From the NCBI RefSeq assembly GCF_913055905.1, contig NZ_CAJXLB010000007.1: a stretch of DNA of 64,000 bases; one strand, written 5' to 3'. The translations under genes and the position numbers were made by a program. Below, piece after piece: positions 47,771 through 58,422 of the stretch. Position 1 is the first letter of the stretch. Each line of letters begins with the position of its first letter. Source of the stretch: an uncultured Winogradskyella sp. (GTDB lineage Bacteria; Bacteroidota; Bacteroidia; Flavobacteriales; Flavobacteriaceae). Below the pieces are notes generated by a model. It made no database searches. It was not told the origin of the DNA and saw only the letters and a list, made by a program, of their open reading frames with translations.

Positions 47771-48930
47771 GCTTCTTGTTTTTTAGATTTTCGGCTACCT
47801 TCATACATTTCGTATTTAACAAATCGGGATTCAAGCTTCGCGTTAAACACTTTGATTTTCCGTGAAGGCCTAAGCCCTATGTATTTTAGCGCTTCAAGGT
47901 TAGATGTAATGAGCCAAGCATTTGTATTGGGATAACCGTGCTTTAAGGTCGTGCCTATCTGTCCGTAAAACTCCTCCACATTGAGGTTCTCCAAGCGTTC
48001 ACCATACGGCGGATTGAATACCATGTGCAATTTGTCTGTCCCTGCCTTTTGGGTTTTAAAAAAGTCCTCATGCTTAATAGTAATAAACTCTTCTAAATGG
48101 GCATTTTTAATATTATCTTTTGCTTTTCTCACTGCCGATGGCGATTTGTCATAGCCCAAAATCTTGTAGTGGAAATCCCTTGTTTTGTTCAGAAGCGATT
48201 CTTCAATTTTCTCAAAAAGATCCACATTCCAGTCGCTCCAACGCTCAAAGGCAAACTCCTTTCGCATTAAATTGGGCGGAATATTACAGGCAATCATGGC
48301 GGCTTCAGCCAAAATAGTTCCACTGCCGCACATGGGATCCATAAAATCGCACTGACCGTCCCATCCACTCATAAGAATTAAACCAGCTGCTAAAACTTCG
48401 TTTATAGGCGCAATATTAGTAGCTGTTTTATAACCACGCTTGTGCAAGGATTCTCCCGAGGTATCTAAGGACACCGTACAATGCTTACGGTCTATGTGAA
48501 TATTTATCTTTAAATCCGGAAAACGTAAGTCTACATTTGGGCGCTCACCTGTATTTTCCCTAAACCGATCGACAATAGCATCCTTAGCCTTTAGAGCCGT
48601 ATATTTGGTATGCGTAAAAATACTATGATGCACGGTTGCATCCACGGCTATGGTTCCTGAGGAACTTAAGTAGTCTTCCCAGGGTAGTTGTTTTATATTT
48701 TTATAAAGGTCGTCTTCTCGGTGTACCCTAAACTCTGCAATGGGCTTTAATATTTTTATGGCTGTGCGCAAACCCATATTGGTTTTATACATAAAGCCTT
48801 TGTCACCAACAAAACTTACATTGCGTACCCCTTTTTTTACGTCCATTGCACCAAGCTGCGTTAATTCTTTGGCAAGAATATCTTCAAACCCAAACAAGGT
48901 CTTGGCCACCATTTTGAAATTATTGTCCAT
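47767..48930 (-). CDS. THUMP-domain RNA methyltransferase (RlmL-like)
   Basis: SLHKRGY, DPMCGSGT and NPPYGER motifs. Confidence 0.92.
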   Translation of the reverse strand: MDNNFKMVAKTLFGFEDILAKELTQLGAMDVKKGVRNVSFVGDKGFMYKTNMGLRTAIKILKPIAEFRVHREDDLYKNIKQLPWEDYLSSSGTIAVDATVHHSIFTHTKYTALKAKDAIVDRFRENTGERPNVDLRFPDLKINIHIDRKHCTVSLDTSGESLHKRGYKTATNIAPINEVLAAGLILMSGWDGQCDFMDPMCGSGTILAEAAMIACNIPPNLMRKEFAFERWSDWNVDLFEKIEESLLNKTRDFHYKILGYDKSPSAVRKAKDNIKNAHLEEFITIKHEDFFKTQKAGTDKLHMVFNPPYGERLENLNVEEFYGQIGTTLKHGYPNTNAWLITSNLEALKYIGLRPSRKIKVFNAKLESRFVKYEMYEGSRKSKKQEA

Positions 48931-48986
48931 GTATACCGTCTAATGCGTTGTAAAAATACAGTATTTTTGTACCACAATTAAGTAGC

Positions 48987-49718
48987 ATGACGAAATTGAC
49001 CCAACAATGGTATGCCTCCTGGTTTAACACACCCTATTATCATATTTTATACAAGGATAGAGATTATGCAGAAGCTCAACTATTTATGGATAATCTCACA
49101 AGCTATCTCAATCTTCCCGAAGGCGGAAAGATTTTAGACTTAGCCTGTGGTAGAGGGCGGCATTCCATTTACCTCAACACCTTAGGGTTTGACGTTACAG
49201 GTATTGACCTATCTGAACAAAGTATCGCAGCTGCTAAAGCTTATGAAAACGATAGCCTGCACTTTGAAGTCCATGATATGACCAAACCCTATCCAGAGCA
49301 ATTTGATGCGGTTTTCAATCTCTTCACCAGCTTTGGGTATTTCGAGGATGATTCTTGTAACCTTAAAACCATTAAGGCGATTAAATCCGAGCTCAACACG
49401 CACGGTTTCGGCGTTATTGATTTTATGAACGTTGATTATGTTATGGCCAATCTCGTAGCCAAGAACACGAAATCTATAGAAGGCATTGATTTTTATCAGG
49501 AACGATACATAAAGGACGGTTATATAATTAAGGATATTTCCTTTACGGACAATGGCCAGTCGTTTTCATTTCAAGAACGTGTAAAGGCTTTGACCCTTGA
49601 CGATTTTGAAGATTTATTCGCTAAGGCTGGCGTACATTTACTCGATGTCTTTGGCAACTACAAACTAGAACCCTTTGACAAAACATCATCGCAGCGCTTG
49701 ATTATGATTTTTAAGTAA
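48987..49718 (+). CDS. Class I SAM-dependent methyltransferase
   Basis: ILDLACGRGRH; NLFTSFGYF. Confidence 0.92.
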   Translation: MTKLTQQWYASWFNTPYYHILYKDRDYAEAQLFMDNLTSYLNLPEGGKILDLACGRGRHSIYLNTLGFDVTGIDLSEQSIAAAKAYENDSLHFEVHDMTKPYPEQFDAVFNLFTSFGYFEDDSCNLKTIKAIKSELNTHGFGVIDFMNVDYVMANLVAKNTKSIEGIDFYQERYIKDGYIIKDISFTDNGQSFSFQERVKALTLDDFEDLFAKAGVHLLDVFGNYKLEPFDKTSSQRLIMIFK

Positions 49719-49727
49719 ATTGCACCC

Positions 49728-50402
49728 ATGAACAAGTATTTATTTCCTGTTTATGCCGTCATTCTGGGTATCGGTATAGCACTGCTCACCAAGAAGCAAA
49801 AATCCAACGGGACCAAATTATTATTGTCCTTTAGTGGTGCTTTCCTTATGGCTTTGACCTTATTTGATTTATTACCGGAGGTCTATGGCCATATTGAAGC
49901 CAAATTAGCTGGCTTATTCATCATGTTGGGCATATTACTGCAAATTATATTAGAACTATTCTCTAAGGGTGCTGAGCATGGCCATGTGCATATGCACGAC
50001 ACGGACAATAAATTTCCATGGTTGCTTTTTATCAGTTTATGCATTCACAGCTTTTTGGAGGGTTTTCCTATTCATCAGCATAATGATATGGTTTATGGTG
50101 TATTTGTGCATAAAATTCCAATTGCAACTTTAATTACGGCATTTTTGATAAATTCCGGGTTTAGCACCTTTAAAATTGGAGCCTTTTTATTGGTCTTTGC
50201 CACGATGACGCCACTAGGCACCTATGTTTCCAATAGTACTGCCCTTTCGGCAGAAACCATAAGTTTGGTCAATGCTACGGTCATCGGGATTTTTCTGCAT
50301 ATCTCTACGACCATTTTGTTCGAGTCTGGAGAGGGACATAAGTTCAACCTAACCAAGCTAGTTGCTATTTGTTTGGGCGTTCTTACCGCTTATTTCATTT
50401 AG
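49728..50402 (+). CDS. ZIP family metal transporter
   Basis: HSFLEG and HKIP motifs; His-rich loop EHGHVHMH. Confidence 0.9.
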   Translation: MNKYLFPVYAVILGIGIALLTKKQKSNGTKLLLSFSGAFLMALTLFDLLPEVYGHIEAKLAGLFIMLGILLQIILELFSKGAEHGHVHMHDTDNKFPWLLFISLCIHSFLEGFPIHQHNDMVYGVFVHKIPIATLITAFLINSGFSTFKIGAFLLVFATMTPLGTYVSNSTALSAETISLVNATVIGIFLHISTTILFESGEGHKFNLTKLVAICLGVLTAYFI

Positions 50403-50404
50403 TT

Positions 50405-50833
50405 ATGTTCAGTAAAGAGGAAAGTCGACAACTTCGCCATGAATTCTGGACCAGTTTTGGGAAGTCCTTTCCAAGGAAATGGATATTGTATAACACCAAA
50501 ATCAAAGGCTTGAGCTTTAAATTTCATTTCGATACCAAAAAAGCACTAGTCGCCTTAGATCTTGAAGACGATTTGGAACAAAGAATAGTCTGTTGGGAGA
50601 AACTGGTATCTTTAAAAACTATTCTACTTAGTGAATTTTTACCCGATGCCATTTACGAAGACACTTTTTATTTAGATAACGGCAAGGAAATCTCCAGAAT
50701 TTACGTGCCCTTAGAGCAAAAAGTTTCCATTCATAATAAAGGCTCATGGCAAAATGTAATGACCTTTTTTAATACACACATGGCCTTATTTGAAGACTTT
50801 TTTACAGAATACCAAGACTTTATAAAAGGCTAA
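50405..50833 (+). CDS. DUF4268-like protein
   Basis: ATG at 50405; FWTSFGK...WILYNTKIK pattern (family assignment from memory). Confidence 0.65.
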   Translation: MFSKEESRQLRHEFWTSFGKSFPRKWILYNTKIKGLSFKFHFDTKKALVALDLEDDLEQRIVCWEKLVSLKTILLSEFLPDAIYEDTFYLDNGKEISRIYVPLEQKVSIHNKGSWQNVMTFFNTHMALFEDFFTEYQDFIKG

Positions 50834-50849
50834 GTTTCCCTGAGTAGTG

Positions 50850-51449
50850 CTAACTTTTTTCTTTCGGATTATACATGACTATGATCTGAATGACTATAGC
50901 TAAAAACACCAGCAAATAAATCTCCATTTGCGTAAACAATTCTACCGACTCTACAGCTCGTTTGCTAATGGTCATTTGCCTGCTGCCCTCGCTTAATTGT
51001 ATGTCTGATAAGTCGTCCAGATTTTCCTTTATGGCACCTATAGGCTTTAAAACCCCACTGGGCTGCTCATAACCACTTTGCATCAATTGCCCTTCGGCCT
51101 CCAATAGGTCATCCATATTGGCTTTTAAATCATTGAATACCCTATCTTCTTCTGCTGTGAGTTTTGTTTCAGCATACCTCTCTATATAGTTTTCAATACT
51201 GGCATTAATTTGGGTATTAGCTGTCTTGAAAAAAGCACTATCGTTTTTAGCAAGGGCTAGTTCCTTTTTTTGCATGGCTTTTGAAATCTTGTAGATCAAA
51301 TCCTTAACAACAAGCCTATCTTCATAGATGGTTTGGACGGAATCCCTAACCAATACAAAATTATTTCTGTCTATGAGATTGGTGGTTACAATCAAAACAA
51401 AAACTAATAAAATTCCCAAGACCCATTTAATTTTAGCATAAAAGGACAT
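50850..51449 (-). CDS. Four-helix-bundle (4HB_MCP-like) membrane sensor-domain protein
   Basis: Two TM helices flanking TIYEDRLV...LSDIQLSEG. Confidence 0.75.
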   Translation of the reverse strand: MSFYAKIKWVLGILLVFVLIVTTNLIDRNNFVLVRDSVQTIYEDRLVVKDLIYKISKAMQKKELALAKNDSAFFKTANTQINASIENYIERYAETKLTAEEDRVFNDLKANMDDLLEAEGQLMQSGYEQPSGVLKPIGAIKENLDDLSDIQLSEGSRQMTISKRAVESVELFTQMEIYLLVFLAIVIQIIVMYNPKEKS

Positions 51450-51634
51450 ACGCACTGATTTTTTGATTTAATAAACTTCTAAAGATAGTGAAAAAAACCA
51501 TGTCTTTATTTTAGCCCATAACTATAATTTTCATTTTTACTATGTAAGAATAGCAATGAGTCTAAACATCTCATGTCACGGAAAAACCGTATTTTTAAGT
51601 AGCATTTTAGTCTAAAAATTCAATATGCCTTGCT

Positions 51635-52735
51635 ATGCGCATTGCTCTTGTTATACTGCTCGGAATTCATGGATTAATCCATCTTTTTGGCTTTTTAAAA
51701 GCCTATGGTCTTGCCGAATTTGAAGCGCTATCCCAACCCATTTCTAAACCTGTGGGACTCGTTTGGTTTAGTGTATTTTTATTGTTCGTTTTGAGTATTG
51801 TTCTGTATTTAAATTCATCTGAGTATTGGTTGATGAGCGGAATTATCGCTGTTGTCATGTCCCAAATCTTAATCGTTATGTTTTGGTCGGATGCTAAATT
51901 TGGTACCATAGCCAATATTCTCATAATAGTTCCCCTAGTGGTTGGTTTTGCAAATTATCGTTTTAATCAACGGATAGCTGCAGAATGCCAAATACTATTA
52001 CAGCAGGCGACTGATGTAACGGAGCATCCAATCAGCAAAAAAGATATCTCGAGTTTACCATCTTGCGTTCAAAAGTGGCTGGAACGTAGTGGAACTCTTG
52101 GCAAGCCCATGGCCAAAAGTGTTTATTTGGAACAAGATTTACAGTTAAAACTCAAACCCGAACAGAACGATTGGCTTAAGGGAACGGCAGAGCAATATTT
52201 TACAACTAATCCGCCTGCATTCCATTGGTCTATTAGCACTAGTATGAATCCCTTTTTGCCGATAGTAGGTCGCGATAAATTTGAAAATGGCAATGGCGCT
52301 ATGCTTATAAAGCTATTAGCTTTAATTCCTGTAGCTAACGCTAAGGACAACGCCAACATAGACCAAGCCACCTTACAAAGGTATTTAGCAGAAATCGTAT
52401 GGTTCCCTTCGGCTGCGATAAGTTCTTACATTAGTTGGGAGGAAATAGAAAACAATAGTGCTAGGGCGACCATGACCTATAATGGCACAACCGGGTCTGG
52501 ACTATTTCATTTCAATGAAGAAGGAGACTTCGCGATGTTTGAGTGCCTGCGCTATAAAGACGCTAGCGATAAAAATCCCTCAAAATGGACCGTTAAGGCA
52601 GTGAAAATAGAAGAGCTTTCTGGAATTAGAATTCCTGTTGAATGTGAAGCAACCTGGGACATGAATGGTGAAGACTGGAAATGGTTGAAACTAAAAATTA
52701 AAAACCTCGTTTACGATAAACCGACTGGAGTTTAA
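51635..52735 (+). CDS. Membrane protein, DUF6544-like
   Basis: Four N-terminal TM helices; LQRYLAEIVWFPSAA (family assignment from memory). Confidence 0.65.
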   Translation: MRIALVILLGIHGLIHLFGFLKAYGLAEFEALSQPISKPVGLVWFSVFLLFVLSIVLYLNSSEYWLMSGIIAVVMSQILIVMFWSDAKFGTIANILIIVPLVVGFANYRFNQRIAAECQILLQQATDVTEHPISKKDISSLPSCVQKWLERSGTLGKPMAKSVYLEQDLQLKLKPEQNDWLKGTAEQYFTTNPPAFHWSISTSMNPFLPIVGRDKFENGNGAMLIKLLALIPVANAKDNANIDQATLQRYLAEIVWFPSAAISSYISWEEIENNSARATMTYNGTTGSGLFHFNEEGDFAMFECLRYKDASDKNPSKWTVKAVKIEELSGIRIPVECEATWDMNGEDWKWLKLKIKNLVYDKPTGV

Positions 52736-52836
52736 GTTGCGAATTTCGCAAAAGCGTGATTTAAGAAATTATAGACAAAACAACTACAACCAATAAAAGC
52801 TAATCATGAAGCAGTATAAGGCGCAAACATTTTTAA

Positions 52837-53961
52837 ATGACACCAAGACTTAAAAGAAACATATATCGTATACTTCCTTTTGGAGTCATATGGCTCATTT
52901 TTGGTGTTATATTTTTAACAGTAGAATATGCTGCAACCAGGGACTACCAGTACACCACTAAGGGAGCGATAAAATTAGACTTTACGGTAGTGGCATTTGC
53001 TTTAACTGCTGTTACCATCGTTGGATGTCTTATCGGTACTATTGAATTATTATTTATGAATAGGCTGTTCTCCAAGGCCTCCTTCGCCATCACGGTGTTA
53101 GGGAAGTTTGTTATCTATTCTTTATTTCTCTTTCTAATTATTGGTATTACCTATCCTATAGCTGTGAGTATTGAATTGAATTCCAGTATAGCCAATGAGC
53201 AAATCTGGAATAAATTTTCAGACTTCCTTGGGAGTATTACTTTTTTAAGTACAGGTTTTCAAATGATGATTTCATTGATTGTAACACTGTTCTACAATGA
53301 GATTAGTGAAAAAATTGGAGCGAACTCATTTTTAAATTTTGTTACGGGAAAATATCATCGTCCACAAGTGGAGCAACGAATTTTTATGTTTATTGATATG
53401 AAATCGTCCACAACTCTTGCAGAACAACTTGGCCACATTAAATATTTTAGATTATTACGATTTTATTACGGTGTGCTTTCGGAATCTATTATTGATTATT
53501 CTGGCGAGGTTTACCAATATGTAGGTGATGAAATGGTAATAACCTGGGAATTAAAAAAAGGTATCTCCAATAATAATTGTATTCATTGCTTTTTTAAAAT
53601 GAAAGAAGATTTAATTGCAAAACAAGACTGGTTCAATAAACATTACGGCGTTTGCCCTGAGTTTAAAGGGAGCCTCCACACTGGAGAAGTAGTAACTGGC
53701 GAAATTGGTACCTTAAAAAAAGATCTTATTTTTACAGGAGACACTTTAAACACGGCATCTAGAATTCAAGGTCTTTGTAACGAAGTTTCGGCAGAACTGT
53801 TGGTCTCTTCCCATATGATGGCCAAGCTGAAATTGGAAGAAACGTTTGAATCGGAATCCCTAGGGTTGCAAGATTTAAAAGGAAAAAAGAAAGAAATTGA
53901 AGTCTTTAGAGTTCGAAAAAAAAACCAAATAGCTACCAATACACAGAAAAAAGAAAAATAG
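52837..53961 (+). CDS. Membrane adenylate/guanylate cyclase domain protein
   Basis: FMFIDMKSST, YQYVGDE and GDTLNTASRIQ motifs. Confidence 0.92.
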   Translation: MTPRLKRNIYRILPFGVIWLIFGVIFLTVEYAATRDYQYTTKGAIKLDFTVVAFALTAVTIVGCLIGTIELLFMNRLFSKASFAITVLGKFVIYSLFLFLIIGITYPIAVSIELNSSIANEQIWNKFSDFLGSITFLSTGFQMMISLIVTLFYNEISEKIGANSFLNFVTGKYHRPQVEQRIFMFIDMKSSTTLAEQLGHIKYFRLLRFYYGVLSESIIDYSGEVYQYVGDEMVITWELKKGISNNNCIHCFFKMKEDLIAKQDWFNKHYGVCPEFKGSLHTGEVVTGEIGTLKKDLIFTGDTLNTASRIQGLCNEVSAELLVSSHMMAKLKLEETFESESLGLQDLKGKKKEIEVFRVRKKNQIATNTQKKEK

Positions 53962-54123
53962 TTGAGGATTAAGTTTTGTCATATTTGTAATGAAGACTAT
54001 AATGTCATGTATAGAATACAATACGAGGAGTCTAAAAACTGGGTGTTTGTATGCAAGAATTGTTTGCTCAAGGTGAAGGAAAATAACCCTCACTACCGTT
54101 ATGGAGGTACGTGGAAAAAGTAG
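53962..54123 (+). CDS. Small CxxC...CxxC putative zinc-binding protein (53 aa, below ORF-track cutoff)
   Basis: TTG directly after the cyclase stop; LRIKFCHICNEDYNVMYRIQYEESKNWVFVCKNCLLKVKENNPHYRYGGTWKK*. Confidence 0.6.
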   Translation: MRIKFCHICNEDYNVMYRIQYEESKNWVFVCKNCLLKVKENNPHYRYGGTWKK

Positions 54124-54153
54124 CTCTAATGGAAATCAACAAAACAGCATTTA

Positions 54154-54330
54154 ATGAACTATAAATTTAATTTTAACTTTTTCTTTGTGGTGATTGCCCT
54201 TGTTGTAGGTGCTGCGCTTTTTAATCAAATCGATTTCAAGAATCTAAGTGTTGCAAATCCATTACTCTCCATTGTTTATACTTTAGTTTTTATCACTTGT
54301 ATAGCTTTAATGTTTAAGTCCAAAAAATGA
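54154..54330 (+). CDS. Small two-TM membrane protein (58 aa, below ORF-track cutoff)
   Basis: MNYKFNFNFFFVVIALVVGAALFNQIDFKNLSVANPLLSIVYTLVFITCIALMFKSKK*. Confidence 0.55.
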   Translation: MNYKFNFNFFFVVIALVVGAALFNQIDFKNLSVANPLLSIVYTLVFITCIALMFKSKK

Positions 54331-54667
54331 AGCCAACTCATAACAACCGCTTTTGGCTTTCCAGATAAAATCAAAAAAGTAATAATAGACAATCTGTCAT
54401 CTTAAATTTATAAACTCAAATCTCACGCATAGGATGTTTCGTTTATAAATGATTACATTTTAAGTCTAAGAAGCTTTACGATCTCCCCTTTCTTACCTGA
54501 ATTCAATCTTTTAAACACAAAGCAGTGATGAATTTCTCGGGGTCCAGTAGCATCATAAAGGCAAATCAAGAACCGGAAATCCGATTCACGAAATTTGGAG
54601 TAGACGAAATTAATGTTATCTGGGAAAGCAACCTTTCAACTAACTTTGCATCTTAGATTAAAAATCG

Positions 54668-55054
54668 ATGAAAAAGCTATTCCTTTTACTGCTCTTACCA
54701 CTAGTTTTGGCCACACAATGTGAAGACGACATCAATACAGGATTCGAAACTACCTATCTTATCGAAAACACATCTAGTACGGATTTGTTGTATCTCACAC
54801 CTCAAAACAGTTTTGTAGAAATTCCGGTTGGTACGGAAATAAGTGTTGCCAGTGACCTTAACTCGGAAACAAATCCCATTCCTCCTTCAGATTCTTTTAT
54901 CTTCTCTGAAATAAAACTTTACAGCAACGATAATGAAAGTTTTATTCTTGTTTACAGTCAAGAACCCATAGACAATGCCTCTTGGGAATTTACTGAGCCA
55001 ACGGTTAACAATTTTGAGTATAGACTCATCATTACCGATGATGTGCTCAATTAG
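54668..55054 (+). CDS. Hypothetical lipoprotein
   Basis: MKKLFLLLLLPLVLATQ-C. Confidence 0.75.
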   Translation: MKKLFLLLLLPLVLATQCEDDINTGFETTYLIENTSSTDLLYLTPQNSFVEIPVGTEISVASDLNSETNPIPPSDSFIFSEIKLYSNDNESFILVYSQEPIDNASWEFTEPTVNNFEYRLIITDDVLN

Positions 55055-55141
55055 TTAATTAATATCTAAAATCCTAAATGATTTCGTGCTCTGTCATAAT
55101 TCCATTATTTTCAATGACGGTTTAAAAAGAAACGAAAACTA

Positions 55142-55864
55142 ATGAGAACTCCACATGTAATTGTATTTCAGCTGCTTTGCCTATTCCTTTCATTTCCTGG
55201 CAATGCCCAAGAGCAAACCAATGAACGTTACACTTACAAGTCAGGGGATTACAACGGTATAGGAAAATGGTATATGGGTCGTGAAATTGCCCATGTTATG
55301 GGTTATCAAGGAATGGCTTGGCTCGAACGTCCGGAGCGTGAGGCCGAAGAAAATGTATCAACTCTTATTAGCAACATGAATATAAAAGGCAGTGATAAGA
55401 TTGCAGATATAGGCGCAGGTTCAGGGTATCACGTATTTAAAATGGCACCATTGGCCAAACATGGAAAAATCTATGCTGTAGATATTCAACCTCAAATGCT
55501 AAAGGCCATTACCACTAACCCACTGTACAAAAAGTACAATAATATTACGACGGTTTTAGGAACCGAACAAAGTGTTAACCTTCCAGAGAATTCTATTGAT
55601 AAAATTTTGATGGTTGATGTTTATCATGAGTTCAATTTTCCTTATGAAATGGCAATCTCCATGAAACGTGCCTTAAAGCCAAATGGAAAAATATTCCTTA
55701 TAGAGTATAGAGGCGAAGACCCCTCGGTGCCCATTAAAAAAGTACATAAAATGACCGAAAAACAGGCCGTAAAAGAATTTGAAGCCGCTGGATTTACGCT
55801 TGAAAAAAACATTTCCAATCTTCCTTGGCAACATTGCTTGGTTTTTAAACCTAATGGGAAATAG
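55142..55864 (+). CDS. Secreted class I SAM-dependent methyltransferase
   Basis: Signal peptide; IADIGAGSGY; VDVYHEF. Confidence 0.88.
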   Translation: MRTPHVIVFQLLCLFLSFPGNAQEQTNERYTYKSGDYNGIGKWYMGREIAHVMGYQGMAWLERPEREAEENVSTLISNMNIKGSDKIADIGAGSGYHVFKMAPLAKHGKIYAVDIQPQMLKAITTNPLYKKYNNITTVLGTEQSVNLPENSIDKILMVDVYHEFNFPYEMAISMKRALKPNGKIFLIEYRGEDPSVPIKKVHKMTEKQAVKEFEAAGFTLEKNISNLPWQHCLVFKPNGK

Positions 55865-55894
55865 ATGACCGTTTTGGCAAATCGGCATCTTAAT

Positions 55895-56521
55895 TTAAAT
55901 CACATGATTAAAAATCATAAAAAAGTGGCAAATCGCTCCACCTAATACAAAAAGATGCCAAATTACATGGTTGTATGGTATTTTATCTATGGCATAGAAC
56001 AGAATGCCTACGGTGTAAAACAATCCACCTGCAAAAAGCCATAAAACACCATTTGGGCCAATACTTTCAGATAAGTTTGAGAAGTCAAATACTATCAGCC
56101 ATCCCATGACAAGATATAGGAGTGTAGAAAACACCTCGAATCGTCCAGTAAAGAATAGTTTTAAGACCACACCAAAGGCAGCTATGCCCCAAACTACCCA
56201 AAACAGTAACCAACCCAAACTATCCGTTAACGACAGTAAAAGTACAGGGGTGTAGGTCCCTGCTATGAGAAAATAAATACTCACATGATCTACAATTCTA
56301 AAATAGTGCTTACGCCTTTCGTCCCGTACGTAATGATACATGGTAGATGCCAAGAAAAGCACAATTATTGAAAAGCCATACACCAAGACACTAAACAGCC
56401 CAAAATCCACTGAACTATCAACGTAGGCCAACATTAATATTAGGCCCACTATGCCCAGTGCAGCACCAATGCCATGGGACAGTGCGTTAAGTCGCTCTTC
56501 TATGACCGTTTGTTTACGCAT
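55895..56521 (-). CDS. Hemolysin III / PAQR family membrane protein
   Basis: NALSHG, STMYH, DHVSIYFLIAGTYTP and HVIWHLFVLGG motifs. Confidence 0.93.
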   Translation of the reverse strand: MRKQTVIEERLNALSHGIGAALGIVGLILMLAYVDSSVDFGLFSVLVYGFSIIVLFLASTMYHYVRDERRKHYFRIVDHVSIYFLIAGTYTPVLLLSLTDSLGWLLFWVVWGIAAFGVVLKLFFTGRFEVFSTLLYLVMGWLIVFDFSNLSESIGPNGVLWLFAGGLFYTVGILFYAIDKIPYNHVIWHLFVLGGAICHFFMIFNHVI

Positions 56522-57204
56522 TAGCCACCGTATTGTCTTTTTGGTTTAGACCACTTATTAACACAAGAGTAAAAATCAATATCAAATGCTGGGTTTTGCC
56601 GTTCTAGGCGTTCGCTTTGAAAAGCCCGTTGTAAAATATCCTCTATTAAATAATCCTCCAAGACATCTATTGGTGCAAACTCTTCTTTTAAAGAAATATC
56701 AAAAAGACTGGCCGTGTTATTATACCAAAAAGCACGCCAACCACTTCGAAGCTGTCTTATAAGTTCAAAAGCCGTTTTTCCAGTTTGGCGATGAATAAGC
56801 TTTACCAAAATTTGACCTTCTGTTTTGGTCAATTTTTTTAATTCTTCGGAAAACTCGTCTTCAATATATCTTTGAATAACACGCGCGTATTTTCGGCGAT
56901 CGCGTTTGCGCTCCAAACTAGACAGTCGTTCCTGTAAGGTCTCCAGTCGCTCTGCCGCAAGTTTCGCATAAGGATAAACTTTTAGTGTCTTACGCTTTAA
57001 GATTAAATACCGTATGCGCGCATCCCTATTATCGAAACTTAAATCGGGCAATAATATCACCTCGTCTAAATCTATGGTCCTTCGAGGTATAGAATCGCCT
57101 TCAATTATAATATATTCGGCAGCCGTTGTGTCGCGCTCTACAGGTAAGACCTGCCCATATACCAAAGGTCCAAGTAAATAAATAAGAAGTAAGCTGTTTT
57201 TCAT
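56521..57204 (-). CDS. DUF4294-like protein
   Basis: KVYPYAK, KLTKTEGQILVKLIHRQTG; ATG at 57204 preferred. Confidence 0.75.
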   Translation of the reverse strand: MKNSLLLIYLLGPLVYGQVLPVERDTTAAEYIIIEGDSIPRRTIDLDEVILLPDLSFDNRDARIRYLILKRKTLKVYPYAKLAAERLETLQERLSSLERKRDRRKYARVIQRYIEDEFSEELKKLTKTEGQILVKLIHRQTGKTAFELIRQLRSGWRAFWYNNTASLFDISLKEEFAPIDVLEDYLIEDILQRAFQSERLERQNPAFDIDFYSCVNKWSKPKRQYGG

Positions 57205-57330
57205 GTGTAAAATCCAGTGCGAAAACCGTACCAAAACGCGTTTGAAATACCCAATTCAAAATTAAGAATTAATACGTCCTTTAAGCTCAAAATCCTATTA
57301 ATATTATTATTTTTAGAAAAAATTTACCAC

Positions 57331-58419
57331 ATGGCGAAAAAGCAATTACTCAACAAAAAGTCCATGGACTTTTTAGAAAAATATTTAAACAATGCGTCTC
57401 CAACTGGTTACGAATGGGATGGCCAAAAATTATGGATGGAATACCTGAAACCATATGTAGATGAATTCATTACAGACACTTATGGTAGTGCTGTCGCAGT
57501 TATAAACCCTAAAGCCAAATATAAGGTGGTCATAGAAGGGCATGCCGACGAAATTTCTTGGTACGTTAATTACATATCAGACAATGGGCTATTATATGTC
57601 ATTAGAAATGGTGGTAGCGATCACCAGATAGCACCAAGTAAAGTGGTTAACATACACACCAAAAAAGGCATCGTGAAAGGTGTTTTTGGCTGGCCAGCCA
57701 TTCACACTAGAAACAGGTCTAAGGAAGAACCACCAAAACCAGATAACATTTGTATAGATATTGGTGCTAAGGACAAGGACGAAGTAGAAAAAATGGGAGT
57801 TCATGTAGGCTGTGTTATCACTTATCCAGATGAATTCCACATTCTAAACGGTAACAAATTTGTATGCAGGGCCCTTGATAATAGAATGGGAGGCTTTATG
57901 ATTGCGGAAGTGGCGCGGTTACTTCATGAAAACAAGAAAAAATTACCTTTTGGACTCTATGTTACCAATTCGGTACAAGAAGAAATCGGACTCCGTGGCG
58001 CAGAGATGATAACGCAAACCATAAAACCCAATGTGGCCATAGTTACCGATGTAACACATGATACCACAACACCTATGATCGACCAGAAAAAACAAGGTTA
58101 TGCCGAGATTGGCAAAGGACCTGTGGTGGCCTATGCTCCTGCTGTACAACAAAAGTTACGCGATCTTATCACGGATACTGCTGAGCAAAAAAAGATTCCA
58201 TTTCAACGAGCTGCCTTATCCCGCGCAACAGGCACAGATACCGATGCCTTTGCCTACAGCAACGGTGGTGTAGCTTCTGCTCTTATATCCTTACCCTTGC
58301 GTTATATGCATACCACGGTAGAAATGGTTCATAAGGATGATGTTGAAAACGTGATAAGACTGATTTATGAAACCTTGTTAAAAATAAAAGAAGGAGAAAC
58401 CTTTAGCTATTTTGAATAA
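57331..58419 (+). CDS. M42 family metallopeptidase
   Basis: GHADEI, ALDNRMG, QEEIGLRG, DVTHD and RYMHT motifs; ATG at 57331. Confidence 0.93.
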   Translation: MAKKQLLNKKSMDFLEKYLNNASPTGYEWDGQKLWMEYLKPYVDEFITDTYGSAVAVINPKAKYKVVIEGHADEISWYVNYISDNGLLYVIRNGGSDHQIAPSKVVNIHTKKGIVKGVFGWPAIHTRNRSKEEPPKPDNICIDIGAKDKDEVEKMGVHVGCVITYPDEFHILNGNKFVCRALDNRMGGFMIAEVARLLHENKKKLPFGLYVTNSVQEEIGLRGAEMITQTIKPNVAIVTDVTHDTTTPMIDQKKQGYAEIGKGPVVAYAPAVQQKLRDLITDTAEQKKIPFQRAALSRATGTDTDAFAYSNGGVASALISLPLRYMHTTVEMVHKDDVENVIRLIYETLLKIKEGETFSYFE

Positions 58420-58422
58420 ATA

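Noticed and set aside
52736-52751. TTGCGAA-T-TTCGCAA palindrome whose first 9 bases (GTTGCGAAT) complement the site 11 left core
   Set aside because: It is 41 kb away with no arm structure; treated as chance or an ordinary operator/hairpin.
54095-54106. ACCGTTATGG as the right core opening a cassette for the 58-aa ORF
   Set aside because: It matches the expected GTTATGAGT over only 6 bases and lies in the YRYG codons of the upstream small ORF.
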